Origin: Balanoglossus misakiensis
Taxonomy: Eukaryota; Animalia; Hemichordata
Length of the DNA: 64,000 nucleotides
NCBI GenBank assembly: GCA_040954595.2
Contig: CM082584.2
Coordinates: 5,212,110-5,276,109 of the forward strand
Direction of reading: 5' to 3'
Position numbers and translations under genes: made by a program. Shown here one piece after another: positions 25,201 through 39,300 of this stretch. The stretch's first letter is position 1. Every line of letters starts with the position of its first letter. The notes under the pieces are model-generated. The model did no database searches, was not told the origin of the DNA, and worked only from the letters and a program-made list of their open reading frames with translations.

Positions 25201-27165
25201 GCGTCCATGGACCCTATTACCCTCAACCACATGATCTGCACAAGTCTGAAGTATAGCAAATTAAAAAGCACTATGATAGCATGCAACTAAAACATACAGG
25301 GTTGGAAAGTATAGACATTTTTACACAAGCACCTGTAATGCACACACAATAACACAAACCACAAACACAAACATTTGAGACGAGAACCACACATATTGCA
25401 CCAAAAATTGCCAGAAATATTTTGAACAAATTGCTGAGTCTGAGATCAAATTTACTTTCAATTCCAAAAGTTTAAATCTTCTATGAATAATTATCACAGA
25501 TAAGCATGAATTCTCACAAATGATACAACAAACAAATTGCACATCCACTGATTGCCCTGCGTTCTCCCGATCACTTACATGTTGCCATTCGCATAGATAG
25601 TTTGATCTGCAGTCGATCCTTCTACAAACTGTACATGGCTTGGATATACAGTTGTCTGTTGTTGGTTCTGATTGGTTTGTAAGTTGACGGCTCCTTCTGA
25701 TGCACTGTCCTTATTCAGGTTGTCATTACCACCGGCTGCAGACACTGTCAATGGTACAACACACAAAATACACAATAAGTATCATTTTTCTTCTTTAATT
25801 TTTCCGAGACTTGATAAGGCCTTCTTGTAGGACTTAGATTGTCAATTATACCCATTACAATACAATTTAACTCACACTTACACACACATTACTTAATCAC
25901 AATGCATATTAAAGTAATAATCTGTTTCATCCCCTCAATGGAACAAGTCCATATGGCATGAAGACACTATGATTAAAAGGATAATGGCCTATTGTGGGTA
26001 TCATAAAAGATATCAGAATTGTCTGAATAGATAAAGATCAACTAGAATGATTAAAATTGCAAAATGAAAACTGTTCAATATCCGAATCCCCTGAAACTTC
26101 ACTCATATCACAGATTCATTGATGCCAATAGTTTTCACATGCCCATAAGAAATGCATTCAAATTATTTCAGGCCCACGTGTGTATTGTATGTGTGTTTGT
26201 GTGCTACCTTATCCACAAAATAATGAATAGAAACATCGACTTCTACTGTCTATGATATTACAAATTACTTGTCTGCTGCTTTTTCATAACATTTCTTTTT
26301 AAATTTGAAGAGAGGCAGTTTGAATAAAATCAGTCAATACTAGTTCACAAATGACCTAAAAATACCATTCATAGACATACAATGTACTGTATGACACAAA
26401 TTTGATCAATGTGGATCCATGTCAAATTTACGCATTCAATCAAATGAATGACCATTACCTCATAAAATAGCCAATATACCGTTTTGACACAGATTAATTT
26501 TATAGACGTGACTACAACTATCAAGAGATAAATGATATAAATCTTTATGCTTGATTTCAATAACGGCTTAATAATTGCTTACAACTTGATTAAAATAGAT
26601 AGCGTTAATATGACAGGTCAGAATACTTAGTTGCCGATAATCATTCTGGCTGAAGAGTTTGCAGTTCACAATTACGAGCTATATACAGAGGAAAGTTGGT
26701 ATCCTCAGATTTGGCAATGTGTAAGTACTGTCCAAATTTATTTTTTTGCTACATGTTAATAAACGAGATTTGAGATAATACCGTACACACACTACATGTA
26801 TACATGTAAATGCAACTGACTTTGTGTGTACCTGTAAGTATAGGAATGTCTACATACAGACCTTTGCACAGGTCCACTGTTTTGAATGCTGATTGGTTCA
26901 TATGTACAATACTATAAATGATGTAATGTGATTATTTTTCTGCTAATGCAAAACTTTGGCCTAATTATCGAGTGAAACATGGTAAAACACATGAAAAGGT
27001 GGAAAGTAATGATAATGAGTAGGAGATATTACCTGTGACTTGAACAAACTGCTGCGCTTGCTGCCCCTGTGACTGTATGATTGTTTGCTGTGGGATGCTG
27101 GGCTGTTCCTGACTATGGATTGGTGCTGTTTGCATCTCAGTAACATATGCATTTTGTGTCGCCAT
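16294..27165 (-). CDS. RFX1/2/3: Regulatory factor X transcription factor of the RFX1/2/3 group, 12 coding exons, ~734 aa
   Basis: Exons (minus): 27165-27033, 25744-25579, 24873-24597, 23474-23293, 22253-22134, 21474-21231, 20869-20769, 20380-20131, 19772-19623, 19026-18818, 18277-18021, 16409-16294, total 2205 nt. Winged-helix [28 protein letters not shown]...[37 protein letters not shown]; B/C and dimerisation domains ([56 protein letters not shown]). N-terminus [12 protein letters not shown] is RFX1-like. Confidence 0.96.
19056..19190 (-). mobile_element. Small Penelope-pLTR/retrozyme-like insertion flanked by a 12-bp TSD
   Basis: Direct repeat TTCAATTAGAAA at 19044-19055 and 19191-19202 brackets ~135 bp that contain a hammerhead motif. 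Confidence 0.65.
19137..19177 (-). ncRNA. Minimal type-I hammerhead ribozyme
   Basis: Minus strand reads GCAU-CUGAAGA-A-GGGGAC-UACAU-GUUCCC-GAAA-GC-UU-AUGC. Stem I is GCAU/AUGC, the core is CUGANGA...GAAA, stem II is 6 bp with a 5-nt loop, stem III is the palindromic AGCU, and the cleavage triplet is CUU. Confidence 0.7.
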
Positions 27166-27188
27166 AATCTGCAAGTCACAACACTTGG

Positions 27189-30130
27189 GTTACCATAGTA
27201 GCAGCTTAGGCGGTGCAATCAGTACTTTTCTTGTGATGACATAAAACAATACCTGTTAGGCGTAATCTAATCTCGACATCTAAATTACAAAACAGGTCAC
27301 ACATTTCTTGTAATATCCTCTAGAGTCTAGACGCTTCATATGAATGAAACAAGTTTTATTTGTGGTATACAAAACGCAAAAATCACACCAATATTTAGAA
27401 GAAAAAGGATTTCGCCAGTCCTCAGAAACACCGTTTTCACATTGTCATTAGTTACCATGGTTTCTACTTAGTTTCTGAAGTAATTAATGTTCGTGTCAAC
27501 AGTGACAATACAGACTTGCAAAACATCACCTAGGCAACCATCTAGCAACAGCAATCAAAATGGTCAATTCAATGTTGATCAGCAAATTCTCATGGAATGA
27601 AACTTGGTTTGTTGCCATGGCATTGGGGGATATACACCATCCATCACCATGACAACACAAGATTCGCGCTCAGCAAGTTTCCAAGCTTTCATTGTTCACC
27701 CAGTCAACAAAGGAGATTTGTCACTAAACTCGAACTACAGGTAGATACTCAACACATGTCAATACTGACCATGGATGTCTGTCATTCTACATTAGCATTT
27801 CACATAACTTGAATACATAATATATGTATTGTAGATCACAAGTTTGAGGAATTGCAAAGGATAATTCACATCATCAAAGACTTTGTAATATTTCATTGTA
27901 ATTCAACATAGACACTATCTTGCTGTAACTAAACTTGTCTACACATGATGCATAAATGTATCTACAATCTGATCATTACAGTCTGGGTCTAATGGCTAAA
28001 TCAAAATCGGTATGAAATTTTTGTCTTCAAAACTTATTCACAGCAGACAAATTGACTAGTTTGGTCTATCTGTCACAATCCAGTGGGTGCCTTGAAACGT
28101 AACAGTAGATTTGCTTACATCATAATTCAGATCAATAGCATTATGAGAAATGCTTTATTAACTTTAGATTTACAATTATAATTACCCTCTACAGAAAGTG
28201 ATGTTTGTTTTTGATGGAATGCATGTATGTTCTTGTAGTACCGAAGTCTACATTGTCACTAGTGCACAATCATTTAACTGTCACCTTGACTGATCAAAGA
28301 CAGGCACTACCTAAATTTTACTATGTTGCTGGACTGCATTAAATTCTGAAAACACGGTTTACTGTTAAGTTAACGTACTTGAAATTAAAGAACTGAGTTT
28401 GAAAAAACACAAAGAACAGTCTCATTGGTGGCAAATTGAAAATGAATTAGAGCCAACACTTCTGTGACTTTATACAAATTTGCTCATTTTTTGAGACAGT
28501 TTTGGACAAAGTTGGAATAAACAAATCACTCATCACAAAATATGGAAAGACGTATTGCCATGTCTAGGTAACAATAACTCTCTATATTCCAAACCCCATA
28601 ACAGGTGCGTACATTTTGGTACAGTAAAACAATGGAGTGCATTATATTTGGTGGAGTGAAGAGTGGGGTGTCTGATTCCCATGTGAGAAATGATTTGCCT
28701 CCTATACTAGACTGTCCCTGGAGATGTGTAATGGATTGAAGGCATTTAAGCTGTTTACTTGTCAAATATTGCCTGTACTATTACTAATACCAACTGTCTC
28801 AAAACATTAAAAGACAACAAAACACTTCCAATTTAATCATTAGCATTCAAGGCGAGCACATTACTAGGTTCAACCAAGGGGCTATAGTAGATGTATGGTC
28901 CAACAAACGAACAAACAGAAAAATGATAATTAAATTATTGTCATCTTGAGCCACTTTAGTGAAAGTTACCACTTCAGTGAAAGTTTGGGTCGTCAACCTT
29001 TTACACAACTAAAACAAAGATCCAAATTGAAGAAACATTTCATTCAAATGATGAAAAACGCTATTAAAAATTGGTGGATGATTTTCAGACTACCCTCAGT
29101 ATCTAAATTACTGTGGTTTCTTAAACCATGTGCTATAGAATGAATAGTACTCATTACTGATAGTTAATCAGGATTTCAAAATTACAGAAACTAAGAATCA
29201 ATTTGCTGAACTTTTTTTTAACCGTTTCTTATCAAACATTAATGATGTCAACATGTGCTAATTATACTTGCACAAGTTTCATTTCTGTTCTCAGAAGAAA
29301 ATGATTGATGAAAGTTAATTAATTCATTGTACACACCAGTATAATGTCCCTTATCTCAATTTCACCGAAACTAATTGAAAAATTCCAACCACCATAGTAA
29401 CAGCAAGAAATACAATGGTTGCTAGGTTACAATGGAAGACTGTATCCTGGTGATGGAAATTAATTTGCATTTCTCAAACTTAAAGCTTAATACTCTGCAT
29501 CGTTATATTCTAAATAAAACGTGTAAAATGTTGATAAATGTTAAGAGATTTTCATTTTAAAAAACCTGGAAATTTAACAATGAAACCGTGCAGCAAAATC
29601 TGAAACGGACATGCACCACACAATAGTGTAGCAGTGACAGGTTAGCCCTGGCATATCTAACAATGCAACAGTTTCTTCACCATGGTAACGCGAAAATTCT
29701 CACACCGCACATGATATAAACCACACTGGCTGTCTAAAATTACACAAAAAAGTCAAATACATTCATGAAAAGCTTGCGTATTCGCCGAGTTTCAGCTAAA
29801 ATTACATCAAAATGTTACGGCGCATTGCAGGCAAGGTGAAACGCCTGCAGGGACAATGAAACAAGCAAACTTCAGACACGCACACTCAATGAGGATTCGA
29901 CTCAAACATGCAATGCCATGCCAACTGGTTAAAAAATACCCAGCATAAAGACATTAGTAAGAAAAAAAATAGCTTTTGATTAGCGAACTTTTCACGATTT
30001 CATATTTCGCAAACATTCTCTCCATAATCTGTCCTAACGGCAGGTCAAAGTTCGTGACGGTACGAGTAACGACAAAAGTTGAATTTTCAGGAGAAATCGC
30101 AGTCGGAAATTCCCCCGTTTACCATGGCAA
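27189..30130. promoter_or_regulatory. Cluster of X-box-like motifs in RFX intron 1
   Basis: GTTACCATAGTAGC 27189, GTTACCATGGTTTC 27451, ATCACCTAGGCAAC 27525, GTTGCCATGGCATT 27611, ATCACCATGACAAC 27643, ACCACCATAGTAAC 29388, GTTGCTAGGTTAC 29418, TTCACCATGGTAAC 29676, GTTTACCATGGCAA 30117. Confidence 0.6.
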
Positions 30131-30311
30131 AAACAAATAAGTCTAAACTCAACCGCCATTTTGAAAGCTCAGAAACACGCTTAAAAAATCTAGAGAGATT
30201 TGCGAAGAAACTCGAGAAAGATCCACTGAGTAAAAGCTGTGAATTAACAACGGTAGGAACACATGGAACTAAAGCGTTCGGAAGACTAGAACTGAAAGGA
30301 AAAAAAATCAC

Positions 30312-31010
30312 CTTATGCCGTGTTGGCGGGTAACAGTCGCCAGGACTACGGTGGCTATGGCGTTTATTCTCAAGGCAACAGTTGCCAAATAACCTAACCA
30401 CAGTACACTACAACAACACCGCCTAATACATAAAAGACAAGCGTTCTGATTGGCTGTCGCGTCATTACAACTTTTAGCATACGATCCAGCTCTGCAAATA
30501 AACAGAAGTACAATGTTAAATTTTATTTTTTTTAAACACTGCTGATAATAGAAATTATTTTCTTCTGTCGTAAGATACGTACAAAAGATGAAAATCACCT
30601 TTCAATTGACGAAAAATGCACAACAGTGACGGTGCAACGCAATGACTTGACCTTACACACAGAAACCAATCATTTTCGGTGTATTATACGCATCAGGTAG
30701 GGATACCTACAACAAAACCGTCCGCCATTACTGTTTCATTTGTACGACGCAATAAGCCCATTTCGGCATATTTTCCGGCAGCTGTTATATAGCTTATCCC
30801 TAAAACAATTAGATATTTGTACCTAAGTTTCCTACGTGCATTTAAATCTGCAAAAAAACCTTCACATATTTATTAATACACAAATATAGTTCGTTGCCAA
30901 GTGGCTTTATACAATGAGTAAAATGGCTTCAGCGCCGATAGAGTGATATGAATAATTCAAATTATGGGCGGAGTTATGAATGTCAGTCATCGCGTGCGCA
31001 GGCGCAGAAA
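30312..31010 (-). promoter_or_regulatory. RFX non-coding exon 1 and promoter
   Basis: Donor AAG|GTGATT at 30312/30311. Tandem X-box-like motifs at 30322-30393, CCAAT boxes at 30449-30453 and ~30666, GC box GGGCGGAG at 30966 and NRF1 TGCGCAGGCGCA at 30995-31006, with local CpG enrichment. Confidence 0.55.
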
Positions 31011-33004
31011 GATATACATGTGCAAACATGTTTTGTGCGAACGAACAGAGATGATGTAGTGGCCCCAGGTACATGTATATAGAACTACTGCAAACAAGAC
31101 ATGTGCAAAAACTAATATCATTTTCAGTCATTCAATTTTATTTACAAATATGATCAGCTGTAGATCATCAAATACACATTTATCTAAAGGAAAATGGTTA
31201 TTCCAAGTTTATTTTAGGATGCTCACCAAAGTACCAATGAATGCACCACATCCACGAGTACACATAATGTCAGTTGATATAATTTTTATTTTATGACAAA
31301 ATTCATGCTACTATTATCCTGCTTGATTATGTAGTCTTTCTCTCATGCAAAAACCCAAAGTAAACAACAGCAAACTCTACTGACACTGCATTTTTTACAC
31401 CAGTATATTGGTACTCTAGTTTTATTTAAAAACTTATTTTATATTATTGAAAACCAATTTACTAGAAGTGTAAGTTTCGACATCTGAGCTGTTGGAATGT
31501 GAACATTTAGAATCAAAACTTTAACATTCAATTTGACTCAGAAACTAGTGGCAATGCCAAAAATACAAACATCTTACAATAATTATGCAATTACCATATT
31601 TAGAAAATGACAATATTTTTTATAAAAATTTTGAATAGTTCTTTATGTCACTGAATGGTTACAGATATATGGGTAAGAAACCACTGTTCTAAATGAAATG
31701 TTTTATATGTTGGTGCTTGGTGCTTTCATCATGTGTGATATGGCAGAGACCATTTTCCAATGGGTATGAGCATCACTGATTACTACACTCACGCATTGTT
31801 CATACACACAGCCTGATGTGAACGTGAATGCAACAATGCCATACCCAGGCTGAAACTGAAGTATGGTGGTGTGCGTTCCCCATTAACTTGGCCAAGGTAC
31901 GTCCTGTATAAAAAAGTATGCTTGGCAAACAAAGGTGCAATTCATTCACTCAATATTAGTATATTTGAGTCAGCCATGGAGCTAGCTCTATTTGTCAGCT
32001 AGCTAACAACTGACCCTATTTTTTAAGCACAGAACAGCTGGTGGCAGAAAAGGTCATGTGACCTGACTACAGATGGCCACTGGGTAATCTACAAGCCGAA
32101 CTGCTCTCATTTCCCAGCATTCATCAATACACATACACACAGTTACAGAGAGAATCTCAAGTTTAAGCAAAATGATAACTTGATTTAGAAATAATTGACA
32201 ATGATTCAAAAAAATGTAGCCAGAGATGAAAATGAGTAATGAAATATCTACATGACAACAGTAGTAGGAAATAAATCTGTTCTTTATTCATATCCATTGG
32301 ATTAACTGTCTATGATGTTACCAGTGTCTATGAAGTGTACTAACCCTAACAATGTCATCAGTGACAACAATGCTACTTTCATCGCATCATGAAGCCAAAA
32401 GTTGTGATATCGTCTGGACAAATAATAAACGCAATGAAATAAAGTTGACAAAACAAGTTTTGACCAAAGATACCACCAGAAAGAAAATATACATTACAGA
32501 TGGAAATATCAGCACAAAATTTGATGTGGCAAAAATACATCCCCTAAAAATTTGGGTAGAAAAATTACCTTCATGATAAATTTAATTGATAATTCTGATG
32601 AAAAACAAAAGAAGAAAATAAAGTTACAAAGCTAAGAGGATGATTGGGAGTGACAATGACAGTTCAGTTTAATCCAAAGCAATCACAACAAATGAAATTC
32701 ATAATACTGGTATGCTAAGTTTGAATAAAATGTTACAGAAACAAGGCAAAATGGCATACTAGTATTCACAAGAAAACAAAACTATACAGACAAGGAAATC
32801 ATATACGAAGGATAATATGTTTGGGCTAAGTATCCATTAGAAAACCAAAACAGTGGCAGGCACATATGGAGAAGTACAAAACCACTGACTGCTTTGGCCA
32901 AATGGGTAAAATGGACTGAAAACACTTTTTTTGAGTGTTTCATTGCATTGAAGTAGAAATCCTATCATGTCTATCATCTGTGGCTATCACATTGTATTTT
33001 CTAG

Positions 33005-33269
33005 CAATAGACCATTTTCCAAACTCACAATCCTGCGAGATCTTGTGTGGCCAGGGAAGTTACATGTATGTGTGAAGACATTCTTACCCGACACAGGACA
33101 AAAAAACCAACATGGCCCGTCATTTGAAATGGCACAAAACTATACAATTCTTGTTAAACTCTGCACCAGTTCTAGTTTCATACAAAACTTGACTTGACTG
33201 GCAACTTGTTGCTATGGTAATTAACAAAGTTTCGTGAGATCTAAGCAATGAGCAGAGAATCATCTATTG
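33005..33269. mobile_element. Degenerate MITE in the NDC1 3' UTR carrying an X-box
   Basis: Imperfect termini CAATAGACCATTTTCC...GAGATCT / GAGATCT...GAATCATCTATTG, with internal GTTGCTATGGTAAT at 33208-33221. Confidence 0.4.
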
Positions 33270-33326
33270 ATAAATGTCAGGTACCATCCTCTCTCTCTCT
33301 CTCCCCATCTTCATAGTGGTCGCTCT

Positions 33327-36300
33327 CTACTTTTTATACTCCATAAAATGTTGGAGATGCCTTTCACATACAGTTGATATCTTCACATTCCTATGAGAGA
33401 AAAAATTAAACTTATATGACTGACAAAATTAGGAATATGTTCATTTCTAATTTCTCACCAAATATTAATGTAAATTATGTTTAAAATCAATAACGCAATG
33501 AAAGGAATTTTTATAAAAGTAAAATCAAGAAGTACATTTAAATCCTGTATACAATTCATGTCACCTGGGGTATGTGGCAGGATTGAGTCTCAGGAGATGT
33601 TTTTTACACACACTGACAAAAACATCGATAGCCCCAAATAACAATCAGTTTCACCCATTTATTTTGGTTGATGGATTGACTCAGTGTTTGTAAACACATA
33701 CACTGGGCATTGAGTGGCACTGCAGTACTTAAGTATCTTCTCATCAATAATGTTAAAGGTATACAGGCCTATAATTTACATATGCCTATATATGGTCAAA
33801 AGGGCTGCTGTGTCTAAGTGGCTGTCTATTGTATGATCAACAGAAAAACATTTACACGTACCGAAGATGTTCTCCAAACGTTGATACAATCCTATAAATG
33901 GATGATTTGACAGTTGCCTTTAATGCATGCTTCATATGTTCTGTAGAGCGAACAGACGTCTTCATCTGTTTTGATAATTTCGCTGATGGAATTGGAAGCT
34001 TGAAGTGTTTTTCTACAGCCTGCAAGATAAGTAAAGTTTAAATATATTCCATCAGAAAAGCCAAACAATACATATCTAAAATCATCTCTGATGATACCTT
34101 GCACAAAAGAAGTAAAATTATTACTATACTTATGTGAGCTCCTTACCTGGTGTAATGTTAGCAATCCCGTCAATATCTCTGGCAGTGACTTCTGAACGAC
34201 ACCAAATTCATCCTCGGAGTAAGATTCTGCTACCAACCTAGACAAAGCTGATCACAAATTGAATCTTAGTCAACACAAATCTCAATTTTGATGGGAAAAG
34301 TGATGTTCTGAAAGTATGTGGTACGTTTGTAGGATATGAGAGTAAAAATTATGCCAAAATGAATAAACGGTAGAGACCGATTATTCATTTGGCGAGTTTT
34401 TCACTCTTGTGTCTACAAGTGGGATGGAAGGTGTGTGTGGTTGAACGTTATTTCACTATATATCCACATGTATATAGAATAACATAAACAGTGTCTTGTA
34501 TCAAACATAATTAATTGAAAAAGGGCAGCGAGAGAGAGACTTTGTCCCTTTAACTTGGGAAAAGAATTGTACTACCTGTCAAAGCCCAGATCTGTAGTTG
34601 AGCATCTGCAAATATTTGTTGACTGGTTGCTTCTGGTAATGGATTGACAAAGTATGCCAGCAGTGGTTTCTTCTTCAACTTCTCAACAAATGACATCTTC
34701 TTGTTCACTGTGACGCCAACATCTGACGTTGTGCCATTGTGATCTGGCAGTACAAGAACAGAAAATGATATTCATTATTAAACGCCCATAATTCGTGTAA
34801 TCTTCGCAATTATAAATACTATGATCAGCTATCAGTTTAAATAGCTAAATACAATTACTGTACATATCCACTTTATTTTACACGTGTTTCTACATTCAAA
34901 ATGTCTATCCAAAGCATGTCTCGTGCATATGAATCAATACACATCTGTAGATGCTGTTGGTTTATAATATCCAAATAATAACTGCACTCCTGGACTTACT
35001 GGAATGTTGTCTGAAAGATGTTGACACTGGCCTTTGTGTATCTGCATGGTTATTATATAAACCAGTTTGAGTAAGTTTTCCTGATGGACTCAGAACATGC
35101 CTTGAGATTACACCAGATGATGGCTCTACGTGTGAAGACTCCTGACTAAATGGCTGATCTGCACCAAGTCGGCCGATATTTTGAAGATCTGCAAAAGAAT
35201 TATAATATTGAAATGTTTTATAGAAGTCAAACATAACATATGTATCAATGTGGCCATCACTGGATCATGAAGGGATATGACTTATCTCACAATTACAGTG
35301 TTTGAATAACAATAGATGGTTTATTGAAGGGACATTCACTCAGAGTCCCCCACAAATTTAAAGAACTTTTCAGGGATAAATTTCATTTTTCAGATCTTTG
35401 AAGGACTCTAAAAACCCATGGATATGCTCACAAGAACCAGACACTTCAAATAATAATCAGAGAGATAGTTTGGCCAGTGCGTATAAGCATAACGAGCGCA
35501 AGGACAACTTGGTGTACATGTATTTGAAATATCAACTAAAGACCTTATTACTATTAGCACTGGTTGAGCTGCCTAATCTGTCACATACTCCTTTCCAATA
35601 CATGGGTATGCCCCTGTGCTCATTTTGGAACTCTTGCTGTAGTTAGACTGACTCTACTTCTCCACAATATTTATTTACTTCTGTTTGACTTTTTCTTGAT
35701 ACAAACCTTGTGATGTAAGTGGATTGCTGTCTTCACTCAGTCTTTGCTGTTTGAACATACCATCAGCTTGGATGGAATCTTGATATATTGTTAGCCTATT
35801 GGTCAATGCTTCAATCAATGCTAAGCATTCCATGCAGACAGAATTCCAATTATGAGGATGTCCACCTAGTAAAACAGAAATCACATAGATTTTTAAAAAA
35901 ATGACATTTACAAAACATTTTCATTAGTGTAAATAATCTAGACAAAGCTTCACTCATATTAGGGGTTTTATACTGGTGTACCGCTATTATTGAAATAAGT
36001 TTGACATCAACAGCATACTTAGAAGTTTTAATTATGGTAGCCCATGGCATTAATTTTTGAAGATGGTACCGGCCGTATACTATTGTTCAGTACTGGCATG
36101 GCAGTTGACAGAAATAAAATACTCACCTGGCTGACTCAGACTAAATATTTGCTTCCTTCTCCTGAAGGAAAACTCTGAGAGTGTAGCCAGATCCAGAAAT
36201 GCCAAGTAGTGCACCAAAGTCACACTTCTATCACTCAGCGCCACTGGTAGGCATTTGTTGCCTTCTTCATTCAGCATCGATTCAACAGGGAACACAAACA

Positions 36301-39300
36301 CCTGTTTAAAGCAGAAATGTCATCATCAAATAACACTCTCAAATCAGCTGAAAGGCCACTGTTCACAAATAAGAGAGGACGAAAGTCGTAATGATTGTAA
36401 GAAATCTGCTAAACATCTTGCAATAGGTATGATGTCCATAGAAGTAGCCAACAGTTTAAATTCTTTACAAGAATGAATTTAAACCAAGACCATCATTCAT
36501 TGTTTCTCATCAGAAACATACTTTTCGTTTACTGAGTTTCAGCTCAAGGATGTGTGATCAGTAAAATTGAAAGTAATGTCATTTCTTTTAATTGTGGATT
36601 TGGGGGTTCACTTAGGTAGGTATAATAAAAAATCCATAGTAAAATATAGGGGACAGTGTGTTTGGTTTTCAAATTCAAGGCTGTGTGAATTTAGTCGATA
36701 ATGAAAAAATTTCCTGTCGAGTCAGCATTTTTACACCAATTTTCTCCAAAATGGTTTATTAAGCAATTCTGAATATAATCCTATGGCAAGAGACAAATTC
36801 CACACACTCTTAGTGCACGTACATCCTTAACTAACAGCTGACTGCGTGGACATCTGGGAGACATCAGATTGGATTCTGGCTATTCACATTATGAATTCAA
36901 ATTGTGAATAACCAGAACTACCTGTGAAGCTTTGACACTAGTATTATCCGCATACTCACATCTGTGTTGTACACTTGAAATAGATACAGGGCCAGGTACC
37001 AAAGTGACTGGATCACAGTAGAACATATCAAAGTATAGAAAAATAATTCAAGGTCCAGAAGTCCCCAGGCAGTGTTCAATGGAGTCGAAAATGTGGCTTT
37101 TAAATCCAAGTTATACAAGAACCATTCTCTTGGCCATGAACCTGGGAAAATCAAAATATGCACAAATAATATACATAAATAGATGTGATGACCACATACT
37201 GGTCACTTTTATGATAACTGCACTGTTTGCTATTTGGCTTGTCACCTTTTCTTGTCACTGTGGCTGTAACTTTTTTTTTTCAGGTGCATGTACATCAACA
37301 GCACATGATACATATATACAAAATATCAAGCCTGTATATCAAGTGCAACGTCTTTGTTAATCCATATAGCATGTTTAAATGCCTTCATGCATGCCATCAT
37401 AGACTGTATGTATCATGACAGTCACCATCTTGTATGTATTTCCATGATTCGACCTGCTTTTGGCTGAAAAATCTGGGCAAAACATCAGGGATTTATGGTA
37501 ATGAGAACCAGGGCAAGCCATATAAGTGCGCCCTCTAGTGATCACATTCTTTTTCATATTGTATTGCAATTACTAGTATCAATGCTTATATGGTACAAAA
37601 TGCCATCTGCAAAAGCTCTATCAGCGACTCAAAGGTTCATTTTGAAAATGTTGCTTTATAGAAATGTAATCAAAAGATAATCAGTTTGTTCAAAAAGGGA
37701 ATGGTACATACCAAAGAAGAAGTAAACCACATAGAAATATTTGATGATCTGCCAGGTTTTCCAGATTGATGACACAACACAAACTGTCAAGTAACTTTTC
37801 ACCTTGAAAAAATTGGCTTGCTGAAATGAATGAATGAACGAATGAATAAATAACTAAATAAATAAATAAACAAACAAACAAACATAAATCAATAAAACCG
37901 ACTTGTTTTTTAAAACAATTTTCTGAATGATTTCCTGTAGACTTTGCTAAAAGCAAATAACAGCTTCACAATTTTTAGTGACTACCTTCTTGGTGTGTAT
38001 CAGTGAGAAATAAATGATAATAAAGTGACAAATTGCATCCTAGAAAAAAGTTCAGCTGCATTCCAACATGAAGTCAGGCAAACAGAATTTACCAGGAGTA
38101 TGCACAGCTTCTTACCTGGATTACTGGGAAAGCCATGTAGTTTTCTTGATTCATGAAATAGTGAACACTATACCAAAATCCCTGCAAGTCAATGAACAAA
38201 ACAAACAGCAATTATCTTTCTATAAATATAATATCAAGCTAAAGATGCTGATAGAACTTCAAGCTACCAGAAGAAGAAAAACTACATGTTTACACAAATG
38301 GCTACAGGAATGACAGAATACTTACCACCAGGATTCCATGCAACATAACAAAGAGATGTTTTTCATTGAGACAATCTTCATGTCGTTCACATTCAACAAT
38401 CAAGGAATCATAGTTGGAACCAATGAGATTGGTTAGAGACCACGTGATGATACCTGCTGCGATGCCGTGGCAAAAAGTGTGAAGTAACTTGTATGGGTTG
38501 AGTGTCCTCCAAAGGACGGCCAGTCTGTTCAGTGGAACATCCATTGTTACTGTAGACAGAACAAAATAAATGTCGTAGTACATTTCCCCTTGTAACAAGT
38601 TTGAATGAAATCAGTCCAGGCATGTCCGAGTAATGGCCCCTGAGAGACAGATGGATGGATGCGGATAGACCAGCTGATAGTTGAGGGCAATCTATTAGAA
38701 CCTCCAGACTTTGTCCGTGGGGACTAAAAAGCATTTGTTCAGCAAGAAAATTGAACAACGAATTGTAAGTCTTTAAATGGAGCATGGTGCATTTGCTAAA
38801 TTATGCTTTTTCTTGCTATTTAATTAGTTCATTGTTTGTCTACGGACAAATTTATGACATTTGCAAATGAAAATGCAAACTTTCAAAGTTAGTGACCACC
38901 TTATTCATAACAAAAGGATAACACCAGGCCTTGGATGACATCTTTTACTAACTTAAACCCTTTCACCATCATGGTTCAGTCCAACCCCATTGTTTTCTAT
39001 GGTAAAATTGGACTGTTAAAGAGGCAACTGGGAGTGACAGGGTTAAGCTAAAGGCTGTTAAAGAAACAATATACCAATATGCGTGAGTTACCTGTATAAA
39101 ACTTGGCATTGAACACAGCCACCAATGAAGTCACTGTAGCTATCAACAGATACTGTAAGATTGTATTGACTGAAAATAGGTCTTTGAAATACCCTGCAAG
39201 AAAACAGAATTAGTAAAAGTCAAATTGAACACACAGTCATAGTCTGATGAAATACAGACAATTTGATTTGCTGGTATTTCATTTTGGAGCACCTTCTCAT

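Noticed and set aside
30079-30598. ORFs around the RFX promoter
   Set aside because: No homology cues; the region is better explained as non-coding exon 1 and promoter.
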